Source of the DNA: Dictyostelium discoideum
Lineage: Eukaryota
NCBI GenBank assembly: GCA_000004695.1
Contig: CM000152.2
Location: 736,001 to 800,000 of the forward strand
Direction of reading: 5' to 3'
Length of the DNA stretch: 64,000 nucleotides
How positions within the stretch are numbered: the stretch's first letter is position 1; each line of letters starts with the position of its first letter. The notes under the pieces are model-generated. The model was not told the DNA's origin. It saw only the letters and a program-made list of their open reading frames with translations, and made no database searches. The translations under genes and the position numbers were made by a program. Of this stretch, positions 46,698-62,952 are shown one piece after another.

Positions 46698-48576
46698 TTA
46701 CAAAATTGAGCACGACCAAGATTTAAAACTATTAACTGAGAATTGATTACCATTCAAAGTACAAGTTTCAGATGCATTATACTTTTCAACTAAATATTTA
46801 CAAAAACAACTATTATTATTTGTATAATAACAAACTTCCTCAGCATAATACAAAGGAGTTGCACCAGTAATACAATTTGGGTGATTTATATCAATACCAC
46901 CAACTTGTTCAAATAAATAATCAAATACTTCTTTTTGATGATATTTTGCAGCCAAATGAATTGGAAAAATACCATCACTTGCTTTACAATAATTAATATT
47001 ACCATCTTGATAAAGTTTTTCATTAACTATAAATTTTAAAATTTCTAAATTCCCTTTAATTACTGAATAATGTATTGATTGTTCAATAATTGATAATGTT
47101 GAAAAATAAAATCCTATTGAATTTAAATTATTTTCAATTTTGTTATTATTATTATTATTTGTTAATAGTAATATACTATTTTTATGATTTAAAAAATATT
47201 TAAATAAATTTAAATTATTAAAATAAGCACATAAAATTAAAGCATTTGATTGCCAAATAATTTGATTTTCAATTGGCATTTGATTATTTTTATCATTAAT
47301 TATCCATTCTATTATATCTATTGAATTATTTTCAATTAAATAACCAATTGATAAATAGTTCCAATATGGTGGTTCATTATTAGTATATGAATTTACATAA
47401 TATCCAGAATCTTTCTTGAATAATTTATTATCACTATTTAATTGTTGGTAAATATATTGATAAATATTTAAATTTTCACATTGTGAAACCCTATTAAATA
47501 ATTGATAATCTTGTGATAATTGTAAAAAAGGATGAATATTTAATGAAAATTGTTCAATTTTTTGATTAAATATTTCAAAATCTTTAGTAAGTAATGGTAT
47601 TGAATTTAAATATTTCGGTTCAGTAAATAATGTTCTTAAATGATAAAAATTTAAATTATTTTCTAATAATGTAATTAAATAAAATGTTTTTAAATTTAAA
47701 TAAAATAATAATATTGAATTGTCAATTCTTTTCAATAGTATTGTATTTGCCTCTAATTGATCTCTTAACCATTGAATTTTATTTAATAATTTTTTATTTA
47801 ATATCTCTTCAATATCAATATAATCAATTGATTCAAACTCTTTATACATCTCTAATGGACTTATTAATTCATTATTTTCATTTGAACAAATTTTATTAAC
47901 AAATAATTCTTTTTTTATTCTTTCATTTTCTTTAAATAATTTAAATTCATTTTTATTATTATTATTATTATCAATATTATTATTTGAAAATTTTGAAAAT
48001 ATTAAATTATTTAATATATAATCTTTTTGATAATTTTTATTTGAAAATTGTATTTGTTTAAAGAAAATATTAAAATTTTGATTTTCTTTAATTTGTTTTT
48101 GAATTTCAATTTCAATTAATTTAATTTGATTTTCTTTATATTTAATAGAAGGTTTTTGTGTTGTTAATTGATAACTTGAAACCAATAATATAATATTAAA
48201 TTTTAGATTGGTTTTTTGATGATGATGTTTTTTTTTAAATTCATTTTTAATATCATTAAATGGTTCTTTTAATAATTTAATTTTATCATTTTCACCACTA
48301 ATATCAATTGAAATATTTAAAAAAATTAAAAAATTAATTTCATTTGAATTATTTGAATAAAATTTATTTTCATAAAAATCTTCATTTTGAAAATTAAAAA
48401 TGAAATTAATTTTTTTCTCATTATTTCCTATTACTAAATTGTATTCATCAGGCCATGATTCATAATCACTCTCTGAATCAAAATTATTATCTAAAATACT
48501 TCTAAATGAATATAAACTATCTTTACACTCAATTACATTTACAATATTATTTTTATTACTACTATTATTATTATTA

Positions 48577-48620
<44 letters not shown>

Positions 48621-48629
48621 TTTGTCCAT
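46698..48629 (-). CDS. N/I/K-rich protein with C-terminal ankyrin repeats, 643 aa. The C-terminus ends in CSIL.
   Basis: A continuous ORF starts at ATG 48629 with a poly-N N-terminus. The ankyrin signature is ..GIFPIHLAAKYHQKEVFDYLFEQVGGIDINHPNCITGATPLYYAEE... The terminal tetrapeptide CSIL has CaaX form. Confidence 0.6.
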
Positions 48630-48968
48630 TATTAATATCTAACAAACAAATGATAAAGTTGTGAAAATGAAATTTTTTTTTGTTTTTTTTTTTTATTTTT
48701 TTTTTTTTTTTTTTTTTTTGGGTAGTATTATGAAAATTTAAGAAATTTGTGAGAATCTGGATCTTAATTTTTTATTTTATTTTATTTTATTTAATTTAAT
48801 TTAATTTTATTTTATTTTATTTTATTTTTAGAAAAGATTTTTATAGTTTTTATATCTATACATAAAAAAGGAATTCCGCACTATTTATTCCTTTTTTTTT
48901 TTGTTTTTTTTTTTTTTTTTGAATTTAATAAAAAAAAAAAAATAAAAATAAACATTTCTTATAGATTG

Positions 48969-50402
48969 TTATTGTTGAGGTGGAGTTGTAGTTGTTGTAG
49001 TTGTAGTTGTTGTATTTGATGGTTTTTGTGGTGGTAATTTATTAAAAACAACATCACTAACAAAAGAAACTGATTGACCACCAGTTAACAAACTTACACC
49101 TGGATAAACTGTGCCTTCAATATTATCAAATGCAACACCTTGGAAAACACCATTTAAATAAAAGGATAAAGTTTTTTGATTCATATCTAATAGACAACCA
49201 ATTGTAGAATCTTGAACGAAGCAAGAGGCAAATGTAACACCATTACCACTATTATTGGCTTTTCTACCATCGGCCAAATAACCCCAACCCCCATTTGAAG
49301 TTAAATAAGTTTGCCAAATTGAGAAACTTTCAGGTACAACACCAACCACTAAATGAAAACCAGTTTGATTTGCACTTAGTGTGTTGATATAGAATTCCCA
49401 ATACACAATGCCACTTGAAATTGGTTCAGAGCCTCTTATAGATTGATAACTACCCAAATAATCACCTGCATGAGTGATGGTACGATTATTATTGGTGATG
49501 AATATTTTACCCTTTTTATTAGAGTCCCAAACACCCTTATAAGCTTTAAATGCCTTATAATAGTCTTTCCAAATTGGATAATATGGTTTTGGAACTTGAA
49601 TTGTTGTATCACCACCAAATCTATTGATAACGATCTTTTTCCATAGTTCATTATCATTGCTAATTAATTGCAATAAACTATTGGTACTTGAAACTTGAAT
49701 TAATGATTGAACATCTAAATATTGAAAAATGTAAAAAATAATCTCTTGAGGTAAATTTAACATACTAATTCTATTTTTACATTTAAACTGTAATTTCTCT
49801 GATTGTATTATTGCTAATAATTGTTGATATGATAATGATGTTTTAAATATTGATTCTAATCCATCATTATCAATACTATTATTTTTATAATTATTATTTT
49901 CATCTAAACTAATTTCATTATTATTATTATTATTATAGATATTATTATTATTACTATTATTATTATTTATATTATTATCCTTATCATTATTAATATAATA
50001 TTCATCACAATCATCATTTGATTTTTCATTATAATAATTTGAACAATCTCTCATAATTGTATCAGTATCATATTCTATATTATTACTATTTTTATCATTA
50101 TTTTCATTAATTTCTTTATTATTATTATTATTGTTGTTGGAATTTAATAATTGTAATTTTAATTCTCTGTGCAATCTAATAATTGAAACTCTATTTAATA
50201 AATTTATATTATTTTCATTTAGACTATTTAAAATATTATTTTGAAAAGCAACTGTTTGAGCTTGCTCTGCTTCAATTCTTTGTAAATTATTAATATTATT
50301 ATTATTACTATTATTATTATTATTATTACTATTATTTTGAGAAGATTGTAAATTTAGAGTGATATTTAAATTATTATATTCTCTATCAATTTGCATTTCT
50401 GA

Positions 50403-50438
<36 letters not shown>

Positions 50439-50624
50439 GTTGTTATTATTATTGTTGTTGTTGTTGTTGTTACCATCATTATTAATTCTTCTAAGGTTAT
50501 TAATATTGCTATTGTTGTTATTTGTATTTTCCATGGACAACATTTTCCTAGTTCTTTTTTTTTCTTCTTGTCTAATGAATAATGAATTGGTTTTCATAAA
50601 GTTTTCAAAATAAGAATAATCCAT
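48969..50624 (-). CDS. F-box plus SPRY (B30.2) domain protein of the FBXO45/Fsn type, 551 aa.
   Basis: The F-box is LPQEIIFYIFQYLDVQSLIQVSSTNSLLQLISNDNELWKKI. It is followed by a SPRY domain (GVWDSNKKGKIFITNNNRTITHAGDYLGSYQSIRGSEPISSGIVYWEFYI...GWGYLADGRK...GCLLDMNQKTLSFYLNG..). The N-terminal half is poly-N/Q low complexity. Confidence 0.8.
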
Positions 50625-50655
50625 TTTAAAACTTTTTTTTTAATTTTTGTTGTGT

Positions 50656-50698
<43 letters not shown>

Positions 50699-50984
50699 AT
50701 TTGTTTTTTTTAATTATTTGTTGTTAAATTTAATAAAAAAAAACAAAAATAAAAAAAAAAAAAAAAACAAAAATAAAAAAAAAAAAAAAAAAAACTGTAT
50801 TATAAGATTATTAATTATTTGTATATGATATTGTTCTATATTTTGAACTTTTAGATGGTGTTGGCATTAAAGAAAAAAAATAATAAAAAATAATAATAAA
50901 TAATGAAAAATAAAAAAAATAAAAAAATAAAACTTTATTAATAATTATATAATCTTATTATTTATTTTAAAAAGAAAAAAAAAT

Positions 50985-51020
<36 letters not shown>

Positions 51021-51030
51021 TTATTATTAT

Positions 51031-51043
51031 TATTATTATTATA

Positions 51044-51121
<78 letters not shown>
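51031..51121. repeat. (ATT)n microsatellite of about 90 bp in the intergenic region.
   Basis: Direct reading. Confidence 0.9.
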
Positions 51122-51125
<4 letters not shown>

Positions 51126-52139
51126 TATTATTTTATTATATTCTATTCAAATTCTATTTTTTATTTTATTTTGTTATTTTTTTTTTTGTTGTTTTTTTTT
51201 TTTTTTTTATATATATATTATTTATTTAATGCATCCACCAAAAAAAATTAATTAATTTATTGGTCAAATTATAGGTATTTTATTTTTTCTAAAAAAAATT
51301 AATAAAATTGGATTTTTTAAGATTTTAAAAAATTATATTGTTCTAAGTTTGAAAAAGGTTTGATATATTTAGAAAAAAATAAAAAAAAAATAGAATTATG
51401 AGGGTGAATTTATTTTATAGTGTATATTATCTATACTGATAAAAAGAAATGAAAATGTCTAGATTTCTACTTTTGCCAATTATAAAAGTAGTTTGTAAAT
51501 TAATATCTTGTATTTATTAAAAAGTGTAATTAAAAAAGAAAGGAGAAAAAAAAAAAAAAAAAAAATGGAAAAAGGATACACAAAGAGAATTTAATAAAAA
51601 AAAAAAAAAAAAATTGATGTGTGTGTGGATAAAAATGATTAATGAAAATAATTATTTTATTTATTATTTCATTGAGGCAATATTATTTTTATTTTGGATG
51701 ACAAAAAAAAAAAAATAATAAAAATAATAATTATAAAAAAAACAAAAATAAAAAAAAAAATAAAAAATAAATAAAAACAAATTAAAATAAATAATAATTT
51801 GATTGTTCAAATAAAAAAAAAAAAAAAATAATTTGTAAAAATAAAAAAAAAAAAAAAAATAAAAAAAAATATATTAAAATAAAAATTTTAATAAATACCC
51901 CCACACATAAGTGGGAGTTTGCCTTTAGTTGTAAAAAAAAAAAAAAAAAAAAAAAGAAACTGTTTAATGTTTATTCAATCTCGCGAAAATAAATAATAAA
52001 AAAAATGAAACACAACAAACTGTTTTTTTTTTTTACTGATTTTCTTGTTTTTTAATTTAAGAATAACATTTATTAAATAGTGTTTAGAAAAATAAAAAAT
52101 AAAAAAAAAAAATAAAAAAAAAAATAAAAAAAATAAGAA

Positions 52140-53126
52140 TTATGACATTTCCATATTATCAATTGTATCACCATCATAATATTCCCTATAATAATCATCA
52201 CTAATAAAATTATGGCGAAATCATTAGTATTTATAAAATAAGAATAAAAATAAAAATAAAATGAAAACTTACAGTTCCTCTTGATCAGGTAGAGGGTCTT
52301 TTACATCTGATCCATCATCATTTAAAATTTGTAATTTACTTATATATCTACATTTGAAGAATATTATTTTTTTTAATGATTTATTATAAAAAAAATAATT
52401 AAAACTGAACCTATATATATAAATTTGATTTTAATTATTAGTAAACTGTAATGAAATTATTTAAATAAAAAAAATAAATTATACATACAATACACCATTT
52501 TCTGTGAAAGGATCACCATTTTCAGGTTTATATAAATAAATTTCACATTTTTGTAAACTTATTTCACTTTCTAAAGTTGACCAAAGTTTAGCTTCAAACT
52601 CTAAATAATAATCTTTTATATAACCAGCCAAGTTTGCATTGATACTATTGATAACTAAATTTAAGCTTGGTTCTTTTTGAAATTGTTCTGGTTTAGAATC
52701 TGTGAAATCATAATCTGGGAATGACAAATTCAGTAACTGTATCAAATAGATCATAGTTTTTCTACTTGTACTATTTGACATTGGTCCAAATGGTGATACT
52801 GATATATTTGATGTTGGTGATGGTGAATTCATTGATACTGATAATGTATTATTATTATTATTATTATTATTGCTGCTGCCGCTATTGCTATTGTTATTGT
52901 TATTATTATTAGTGTTATTATTACTATTTGTTATATTCATTGCTCCACTATTTGTATTTGATAATTCTTCAAGTTCTTTATCTAAAGACCTGTATATCTT
53001 TTTATCTGAACCTGCCATTTTACATGAATAAGCTTCTAATTCACCCATCAAAAGTGCATCCCCAACATCGATACTATTCAAATATGAATTTAATCCAATT
53101 AATTGTAATGAATCTATATATTTCAT
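52140..53126 (-). CDS. maf1: MAF1 (repressor of RNA polymerase III transcription) homologue, ~278 aa, three exons: 53126..52489, 52410..52273, 52200..52140.
   Basis: MKYIDSLQLIG...LMGELEAYSCK.. and ..TMIYLIQLLNLSFPDYDFTDSKPEQF..EPSL...INSINANL..WSTLESEISLQKCEIY.YKPENGDPFTENGVL align to human MAF1. Exon 2, ..[24 protein letters not shown].., matches human ..[24 protein letters not shown]... Donors are GTATGT (52488) and GTAAGT (52272), with acceptors ..TATATAG and ..TATTAG. Splice phases are 2 and 2. The upstream Met of the track ORF at 53180 is not needed. Confidence 0.85.
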
Positions 53127-53664
53127 CTTTTTTTTTTCTACTATTTCTCTGTCTCTCTCTCTCTGTCTCTGCTCTGTCACTCTGATTTATTGTTGTTTCT
53201 AAAAAAAATAAAAAAATAAAAAAAATAAAAATTAAATATAAAAACAAATCTAATTTATTACTATTACTATTATTACTATTATTACTATTATTACTATTAT
53301 TAATTATTTGCTATTATACAGTTATTTACAAAGGTTAGTGTTTAATATGAACACTGTAAATATTTTATAATTAAGTGGGTGTAAAAATTCAATGTTGAAA
53401 ATAATAAAAAAAAAAAAAAAAAAAAAAAAACAATGAGGAATTAAAAAAAAATAAAAAATAAAAAAATAATTAAAAAAAAAAAAAAAAAAAAAATAAAAAA
53501 AACAATTATTTGAAAAACAAAATTTTCAACTAAAAATATAATTTACCCAGGTCCAATTATAGATTTTTTATTTTTATCTTCACAATATTTGGAAAAAAAA
53601 CAATTTTTTATTTTAATTATTATTTTTATTTTTTTTTTTTTTTATTTTTTTTTTTTTTATTTAA

Positions 53665-55723
<2,059 letters not shown>

Positions 55724-56353
55724 TATATCTGAGTGTGTGCGGTTTTTTTTTTTGTTTTTTTTTTTTTTTTTTGGTTGATTGATTTATTGATTTGTTTTTG
55801 TGTGTGGTATGGGGAAAATAAAAATTTTATGCCTTTTGGAGTAACGTGAAAAAAAAAAAAAATAAAAAAAAATAAAAAAATAAAAAAAAAAATTAAAAAA
55901 TAAAAAATTAAAAATAAAAAAAAAAAAAAATATCTTCTTTCCCCAAACATTGTTTTATTTGGAATAGTTTATTTATTTTTCTTTTATCATTGTTATTTTT
56001 TTATTTATTTATTTTTTTTTTTATTTTTATTTTTTTTATTTCTTTATTTTTTTTTTTTCTTTAACTTGGAAATCTTTGAATTTCAAACCAAACAGTTTAT
56101 AAAAACTGAGGACTAAAACACAAAGATAATACCATTTTAAAAAAAATAAAAAAAATAAAAAAAATAAATAAAAATAGAAAAATAAAAATAAAAAGCATAA
56201 TATTTCTATTTTGTTTCTTGAGGTGCTTATGTGTTAAAAGTGAGTATGTTTCAGTGCAAATAAAAAAAAAAAAATAAAAAAAATAAAAATAAAATAAAAA
56301 TTAATTTTTTTTTAAAAAAAAAAAAAAATTAAAAAAAAGAGTTTTTTTTTTTT

Positions 56354-56394
<41 letters not shown>

Positions 56395-56399
56395 TTGTA

Positions 56400-56560
56400 A
56401 ACCAATATCGACCTCTGTTTAAATCCCCCACCTACAATCAACACACGCACGCCCTCCTTTAATTTTCACACTTTCATCTCAACTCACATTCAAACTTACT
56501 CACGCACACACAATCACTTACATTCCCAAATCCATTCACCTCCCCCCTCATATTCATAAA
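56400..56560 (+). promoter_or_regulatory. C+A-rich, G-depleted tract about 50-200 bp upstream of the apm3 start codon. It is the putative 5' leader or core promoter region.
   Basis: CAATATCGACCTCTGTTTAAATCCCCCACCTACAATCAACACACGCACGCCCTCC...CACCTCCCCCCTCAT has almost no G on the coding strand, in contrast to the flanking A/T homopolymers. Confidence 0.3.
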
Positions 56561-56607
56561 ATCACATAAAAATATAAATAAATAAATATAAATATATATA
56601 AAGTAAA

Positions 56608-57237
56608 ATGTTAAGCAGTTTTTTTATTATAGCTGATCAAGGGTAAATAATAGTAATAATAATAATAATAATTTCACCCACTACCATCACCATTACCATC
56701 ACCATCACTACCCAACAAAACATTCTTTAATATATATATATATATATATATATTAATTAATAATTTATATTTTCATATATATATATAGTGATATTTTAAT
56801 TGAAAAACATTGGAGAGGATTAATGAATAGATCAATTTGTGAATATTTTTGGGATCAAGTATTACAAAGTAAACAAAATGGATCAAGTGTACCACCAATT
56901 ATATCAACACCAAAATATTATTTAATCAATATTCAAAAGCAAAATGTCTATTTATTAGGAGTATGTCAATCAGAGGTATCACCATTATTGGTTGTAGATT
57001 TCTTACAAAGAATATATGATACATTTGTTGAATATTTTGGTTCAAATATTACAAGTGCAACCATCAAAGAGAACTTTGTACACGTTTATCAACTCTTGGA
57101 TGAAATGGCTGATAATGGTTTCCCTTTTACAACAGAATTAAACTTTTTAAAAGAAATGATAAAACCACCTGGTGTATTATCAAATGTTATTTCAAGTGTT
57201 ACTGGTACTTCAAATATTACTGATATATTACCAAGTA

Positions 57238-57279
<42 letters not shown>

Positions 57280-58195
57280 TTTTTTATTTTTATTTTTATT
57301 TTTATTATTAGATGGATCTTTAGGTGCCATTCAATGGCGTAAAACAGGTATTAAATATACACAAAATAAAATATTCTTTGATATTATTGAAGAAATTGAT
57401 TGTATAATTGATAGGTATGAAGAAGAGAATATTTCAATATTGATTATTAATTATTAATTATTATTAATTATTATACTTACTCCTATAAATTTTTTATTAT
57501 TTTTTTTTTTCAGTAATGGATATATTGTTTCAAGTGAAATTAATGGTGAAATATTATGTCATTGTAATTTAAGTGGTATGCCAGATTTAACAATGACATT
57601 TAATAATCCAAGAATGTTAGATGATGTTAGTTTTCATCCATGTGTTAGATATTCAAGATGGGAGAATGATAGAGTGTTATCGTTTATTCCACCAGATGGT
57701 AATTTTAAATTGTTATCGTATCGTGTAAAGGGTATCAATCAATTCCCAGTTTACGTTAAACCTCAAATTAGTTATAGTGAAGGTTCGAGTAGTGTAGGTA
57801 GAGTCAATGTAACCGTTGGTGCTAAAGGTTACAATGTTCAAAATAAATTATCAATCGAGGATGTAGTTGCAACTATCCCTTTCTCAAAGACTACCTCTTC
57901 AACTAATTTAACCGCTAATATCGGTTCATTCGGTATGGATGAACAATCGAAAATACTAAGATGGAATATAGGTAAAATACCAAAAGAGAAAACACCTTTC
58001 CTTAATGGTACTGTCTCTTTAATCGCTGGTTCAATGACACCAGAATCCACTCCTTCAATTATGCTCCAATTCAAAATACCACAATATGCTATCTCTGGTT
58101 TAACAATCGATAGTCTTGCTTGTAGTGAAAGATATAAACCATTCAAAGGTGTAAAATGTACTACTAAAGCTGGTAAATTCCAAGTTAGATCTTAA
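56608..58195 (+). CDS. apm3: AP-3 adaptor complex mu subunit homologue, ~421 aa, four exons: 56608..56642, 56789..57234, 57312..57414, 57514..58195.
   Basis: MLSSFFIIADQG-GDILIEKHW...PPIISTPKYYLINI...DNGFPFTTELNFLKEMIKPPGVLSNV...GSLGAIQWRKTGIKYTQNKIFFDIIEEIDCIID...SGMPDLTMTFNNPRMLDDVSFHPCVRYSRWE..VLSFIPPDGNF.L.SYRV...KPFKGVKCTTKAGKFQVRS aligns end-to-end with human AP3M1. Donors are GTAAAT, GTAATT and GTATGA, and acceptors are ..ATATATAG, ..TATTAG and ..TTTTCAG. Intron 2 is largely (ATT)n. Confidence 0.88.
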
Positions 58196-58277
58196 TTTTT
58201 CTTTTTTACTCAAATTAATAAAAAAAATTAAAAATAAAAATAAAAATAAAATAAAATTCTAAAAAAAAAAAAAATAA

Positions 58278-58313
<36 letters not shown>

Positions 58314-58418
58314 TAAATTTAAGGAGAAATTTACATAATTTTATTTAAAATTTTAAAAACTTGGAAAATTAAAAATGGTTCTGAATTTCTAACTAGCCAT
58401 TTTTTTATTTTATTTTTC

Positions 58419-58464
<46 letters not shown>

Positions 58465-59179
58465 GTGGCCATCAACTCGGCAAAAGAAAATGAAGTCGAA
58501 AAAAAAAAGTTTAAATCCAAAATATCTCACCAAAAAAAAAAAAAAAATTAAAAAAAATTAAAAAAAAAAAAAAAAATGAAACCAAGCGAAAATTATTTTC
58601 ACAAAAAAAAAAAAAAAACAATAATTGGGTCAATGGTATCTAGATGTAAAAAATAAAAAAAAGTAAAAAAAAAAAGTAAAAAAACAAAACAAAAGAAAAT
58701 AAAAAAACAAAATAACTAAAACAATAATCAGTTGGCTCTTTCTTAGTTTTGCACACCACTTTTAAAAGTAATTATTTTATTTTTATCTTAAATTTATTCC
58801 CACACATTTTGATTTTGTTTTTTTCTTTAATTTTTTTTTTTATTTTTAAAATTTGTTTTTTAACCCCCCACACACTGATTAAACAATTAAAAATAAATAA
58901 AAAAAATAAAAAAAAACATTTAAAAATAGAAAAAAAAAAAAATAAAAATAAAAAAAAAAAAAAAAATAAAAAAAAAAGTTAAACTATTTAATTTTTTTTT
59001 TTTTTTTTTTTTTATAAATAAAAATTAATTAATTATTTATAAAATTTAATTATACAACTATCTGTACTCATTATTTAAATAATTATTTTAAATTAAATAT
59101 CATTTCAAAAAAAAGAGAAAAATGTAATAATTGACTCACTAAGTTTTTATTTTTTTTATTTTTTTTTTTTTTTTTTAAA

Positions 59180-59244
<65 letters not shown>

Positions 59245-59513
59245 TTATTTATTATTTTTTTTGTTTAAGACAATAATAATAATAATAAAAATAATAATAA
59301 ACAAATTTTAAAAAAAAATTTAAAAAATAACTAAACACATCTTTTTTATTATATTATTATTTCATTTTTTTTTTTATTTTTTTTAAAAATTTTAAACTTC
59401 ACTTAATTTATTAACACTTTTTTTTTTATTTTCAATACAATATATTTTTTTCTTTTTTTTTTTTTTTTTTTTTTTTTGTCAAACTAAAAAAAAAAAAAAA
59501 AAGACTAGACAAA

Positions 59514-60147
59514 ATGGATATTGATTACGAAAATGAAATATCAATAGTTTTAGAAGCTAAACACAATCAGCATCTTAATAATAATAATAATGGATGTGGT
59601 AACGCAAATAATATAAATAATGAAAATAACTTTTTACAAGATGACCTTGTATATAACTTTTTATCAGACGAAGTTACATTAGGTAGTGACTGTACAACAC
59701 CATATACTTTAAATAACAATCATATTGTCAATAGTAATTATATTATTAATAATAATAATAATAATAATAATATGCTTAACGATCATTCATCATCACCAAT
59801 GAGAGTACCAAATTCAAGTCCTTCTTTATATAATAACTCAATTGAATCACCAGAATTGGTTTATCATGATAATAGTAACAATAACAATAACAATAACAAT
59901 AATATCAATGTCAATGATATCAATGTCAACGATATCAATAGTAATAGTACAAATAATAACGAAAGTAATAACAATAGTAGTAGTGAAGGCGAATTACCAT
60001 GTCTTGTTGATATCCAACAATATCAATATCAAGACATGTTACCATTTGATCAACAACCAGTTGTTGTTATGCAAAATCCAATCATCACTACAACAACAAC
60101 AACAACAACAACAACAGCAACTATCGAACAACAAATTAACCCAAGTG

Positions 60148-60226
<79 letters not shown>

Positions 60227-60287
60227 TCAACATTTATTACAAGAACATCAACATGTCGTTAATGAAGAAGTCTTACAGTAAGTTTTG

Positions 60288-60321
<34 letters not shown>

Positions 60322-60754
60322 ATTAGTTCTCATTTTATACTATGATTACTAACAATATATTTATATTATAGTATGATTGACCCAAGTGTTGATTTAACAA
60401 ACACATATATGGATGCAGCTGGTATTTCAGATATTATAGCATCAGATTCATCAACTACAACTTCACCATCTTCTCCATCAACTTCAAATATGTTTTTAAC
60501 TCCAATGGTTACTACTACTACCACATCAGAAACTTCATCTTCTTCTGATTCTTCTGTCAATATTATTCCAAATAATACTAATACCATCACCAATATACTA
60601 ATAAAAGAAGAAGATACCAATAATGGTAACAACAATAAGAAATCTAAAAAGAGAACCATAGATTCTAGGGTTCAAAATAGTAAGTAATAATAGGTTATCC
60701 CCCCTTTTTTTAAAAAAATATAAAAAAGAAGTTTTTATTAATTGAATTTTATAA

Positions 60755-60829
<75 letters not shown>

Positions 60830-61167
60830 GTTGTTCATCCATTAACTAGAGAAGAATTATTAAAGATTGCAGGTAAAGAACCAGTACAGGTTGTAGATCC
60901 ACCAACTCATAATCAAGAGGATGAAAGAAATGTAAAGAAACAAAGAAGATTAATAAAGAATCGTGAAAGTGCACAACTCTCAAGAATGAGAAAGAAGATT
61001 TACATTGAAGATCTTGAAAAAACCATTAGTGATTTAACTCAAGATAATAGTTCATTAAAAGAAGAAGTATTATACCTTCAAGGTTTAGTTAAACAATTAG
61101 CAGCACAAAATAGTAATAGTAATAATAATAGTGTTATTGATATCAATAACAATAATGTAAATAATAG

Positions 61168-61205
<38 letters not shown>

Positions 61206-61603
61206 TTAATAATAGTAATAACAATAACAATAACAATAATAATAATAGTACAAATAAACAACAACAAAGTAAAAATGTAAAAGCAGCTGGTGTTTGTCTT
61301 TTACTTATCTTTTTCAGTTTAGGAGTATTCTTCCAACCACCACAATCATCTACTCAACGATTCGGAGCAATTACATCTTTTGATGTTAAACCCACTCATT
61401 CCATCCTTTCAATGTCCGACAGTGAATCATCCCCTCAAAAATCTCTACGTCTATCAAGTAATCATCATTCCCTTCCTGATGGTACTTTTAATACAATCCC
61501 TATTGACCAGCAAACAACAGCAACAACCAATACAAAATCATTACCATCTTATGTTTTAAATAATAATGATGATAGTGATAGCGACTATGAAAATGTAAAC
61601 ATC

Positions 61604-61695
<92 letters not shown>

Positions 61696-62263
61696 TAATA
61701 ACAATAATAATATTAAGAGAAAACAACATCAACAAAATCCTCAATCTGATAGTTTTCAAAATAGGAAAAAAATTAAAATTAATCTTGCAACAGAGAATAC
61801 GGAAGGAGATGGACCATTGGTTTCAAAATCATCAGCCACCACTACCACCACCACCACAACAACCACCACTACATCAACACCAAAGACACCTCAAATTTCA
61901 GAGGATGTTTCTATTGATGAAATAGAGGAACCAATGGTTCATTCATCTCAACAATATATTGTTTGTTCAGATTCTCCTAGAATCGTTTCAAATAATATCA
62001 CTCAAACAACTGAAAGTTTGTTAAATTCAAATTCAACAAATCCAATTACAATTGGCTTATTATTACCAGCTGAAAGTTTAAATTTACACAACATTGTAAA
62101 TAATATTGGTGGTGGTGAAAGATCAATTTTAGAAATTAGTTGTCAAGTTTCAAATATCCGTGTTTGGAATCCTTTATCAATTGACATTGATCATCAATCC
62201 TCAATTGTTCCTGCCTCCTCTTCTTCATCTTCAGCTTCTTCAATATTTACAAATCATTTTTAA
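59514..62263 (+). CDS. bZIP transcription factor of the membrane-tethered ATF6/CREB3 type (bZIP followed by a transmembrane helix), ~834 aa, three exons: 59514..60277, 60372..60679, 60831..62263.
   Basis: Exon 3 encodes the basic region KKQRRLIKNRESAQLSRMRKKIYIEDLEKTISDLTQDNSSLKEEVLYLQGLVKQL (N-x7-R basic motif, heptad leucines). About 55 aa later there is a hydrophobic helix, AAGVCLLLIFFSLGVFF. Donors GTAAGT sit at 60278 and 60680. Splice phases (2, 1) connect the three track ORFs. The N-terminus carries poly-N/Q (including Q36) and poly-T tracts. Confidence 0.8.
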
Positions 62264-62920
62264 AGAAAAAAAAAAAAAAAAAAAAAAAATTACCCCAACA
62301 CTTTTTTTTTTCTTTTTACTTTATTTTATTTTTTTTATATATTTATTTATATCTCTTACAAATACATTTTTTTTACGTCTTTTAATACATACGCATTTTT
62401 TAATATAAAATAAAAATAAAAAATAAAAAAAAAAAAAACATATAAAAAAAAACTTAATTATTTCTTTTTTTCCTTATTTCTTTTTTCTTTTTCCTTTTTT
62501 TTTTTTTTTCCCCCAACTTTCTTTTTAATAAATTATTTAATTAATTTATTAATTAATGTTAATAAAAAAAATATTAATTAATTCTTACTTTTATGGTAAT
62601 ATCGAATCTCTAAAATTAAATAGTGACATTATTAAGTTTTTTTTTTTTTCTATTTAATTATTTTTTATTTTTTTTATTTTTATTTTATTTTTTTTTATTT
62701 TTTTATTATTTTTTTTATTTTTTTTTATTTTTTTTTATTTTTAAAAAGGAAAGAATAAAATGCTGATTGTGGTTTTGATTTAATTTTATTATTTTTTTTT
62801 TTTAAATAACCAAAAAAAATTTGATTTTCAATTTTGGACATTTCTAAAAAAAGTAAAATCTTGTAATAAAACCTTTTAAGGACTAACTAAAAAAATATTT
62901 CCAAAGATGGACGATCTTTA

Positions 62921-62952
<32 letters not shown>

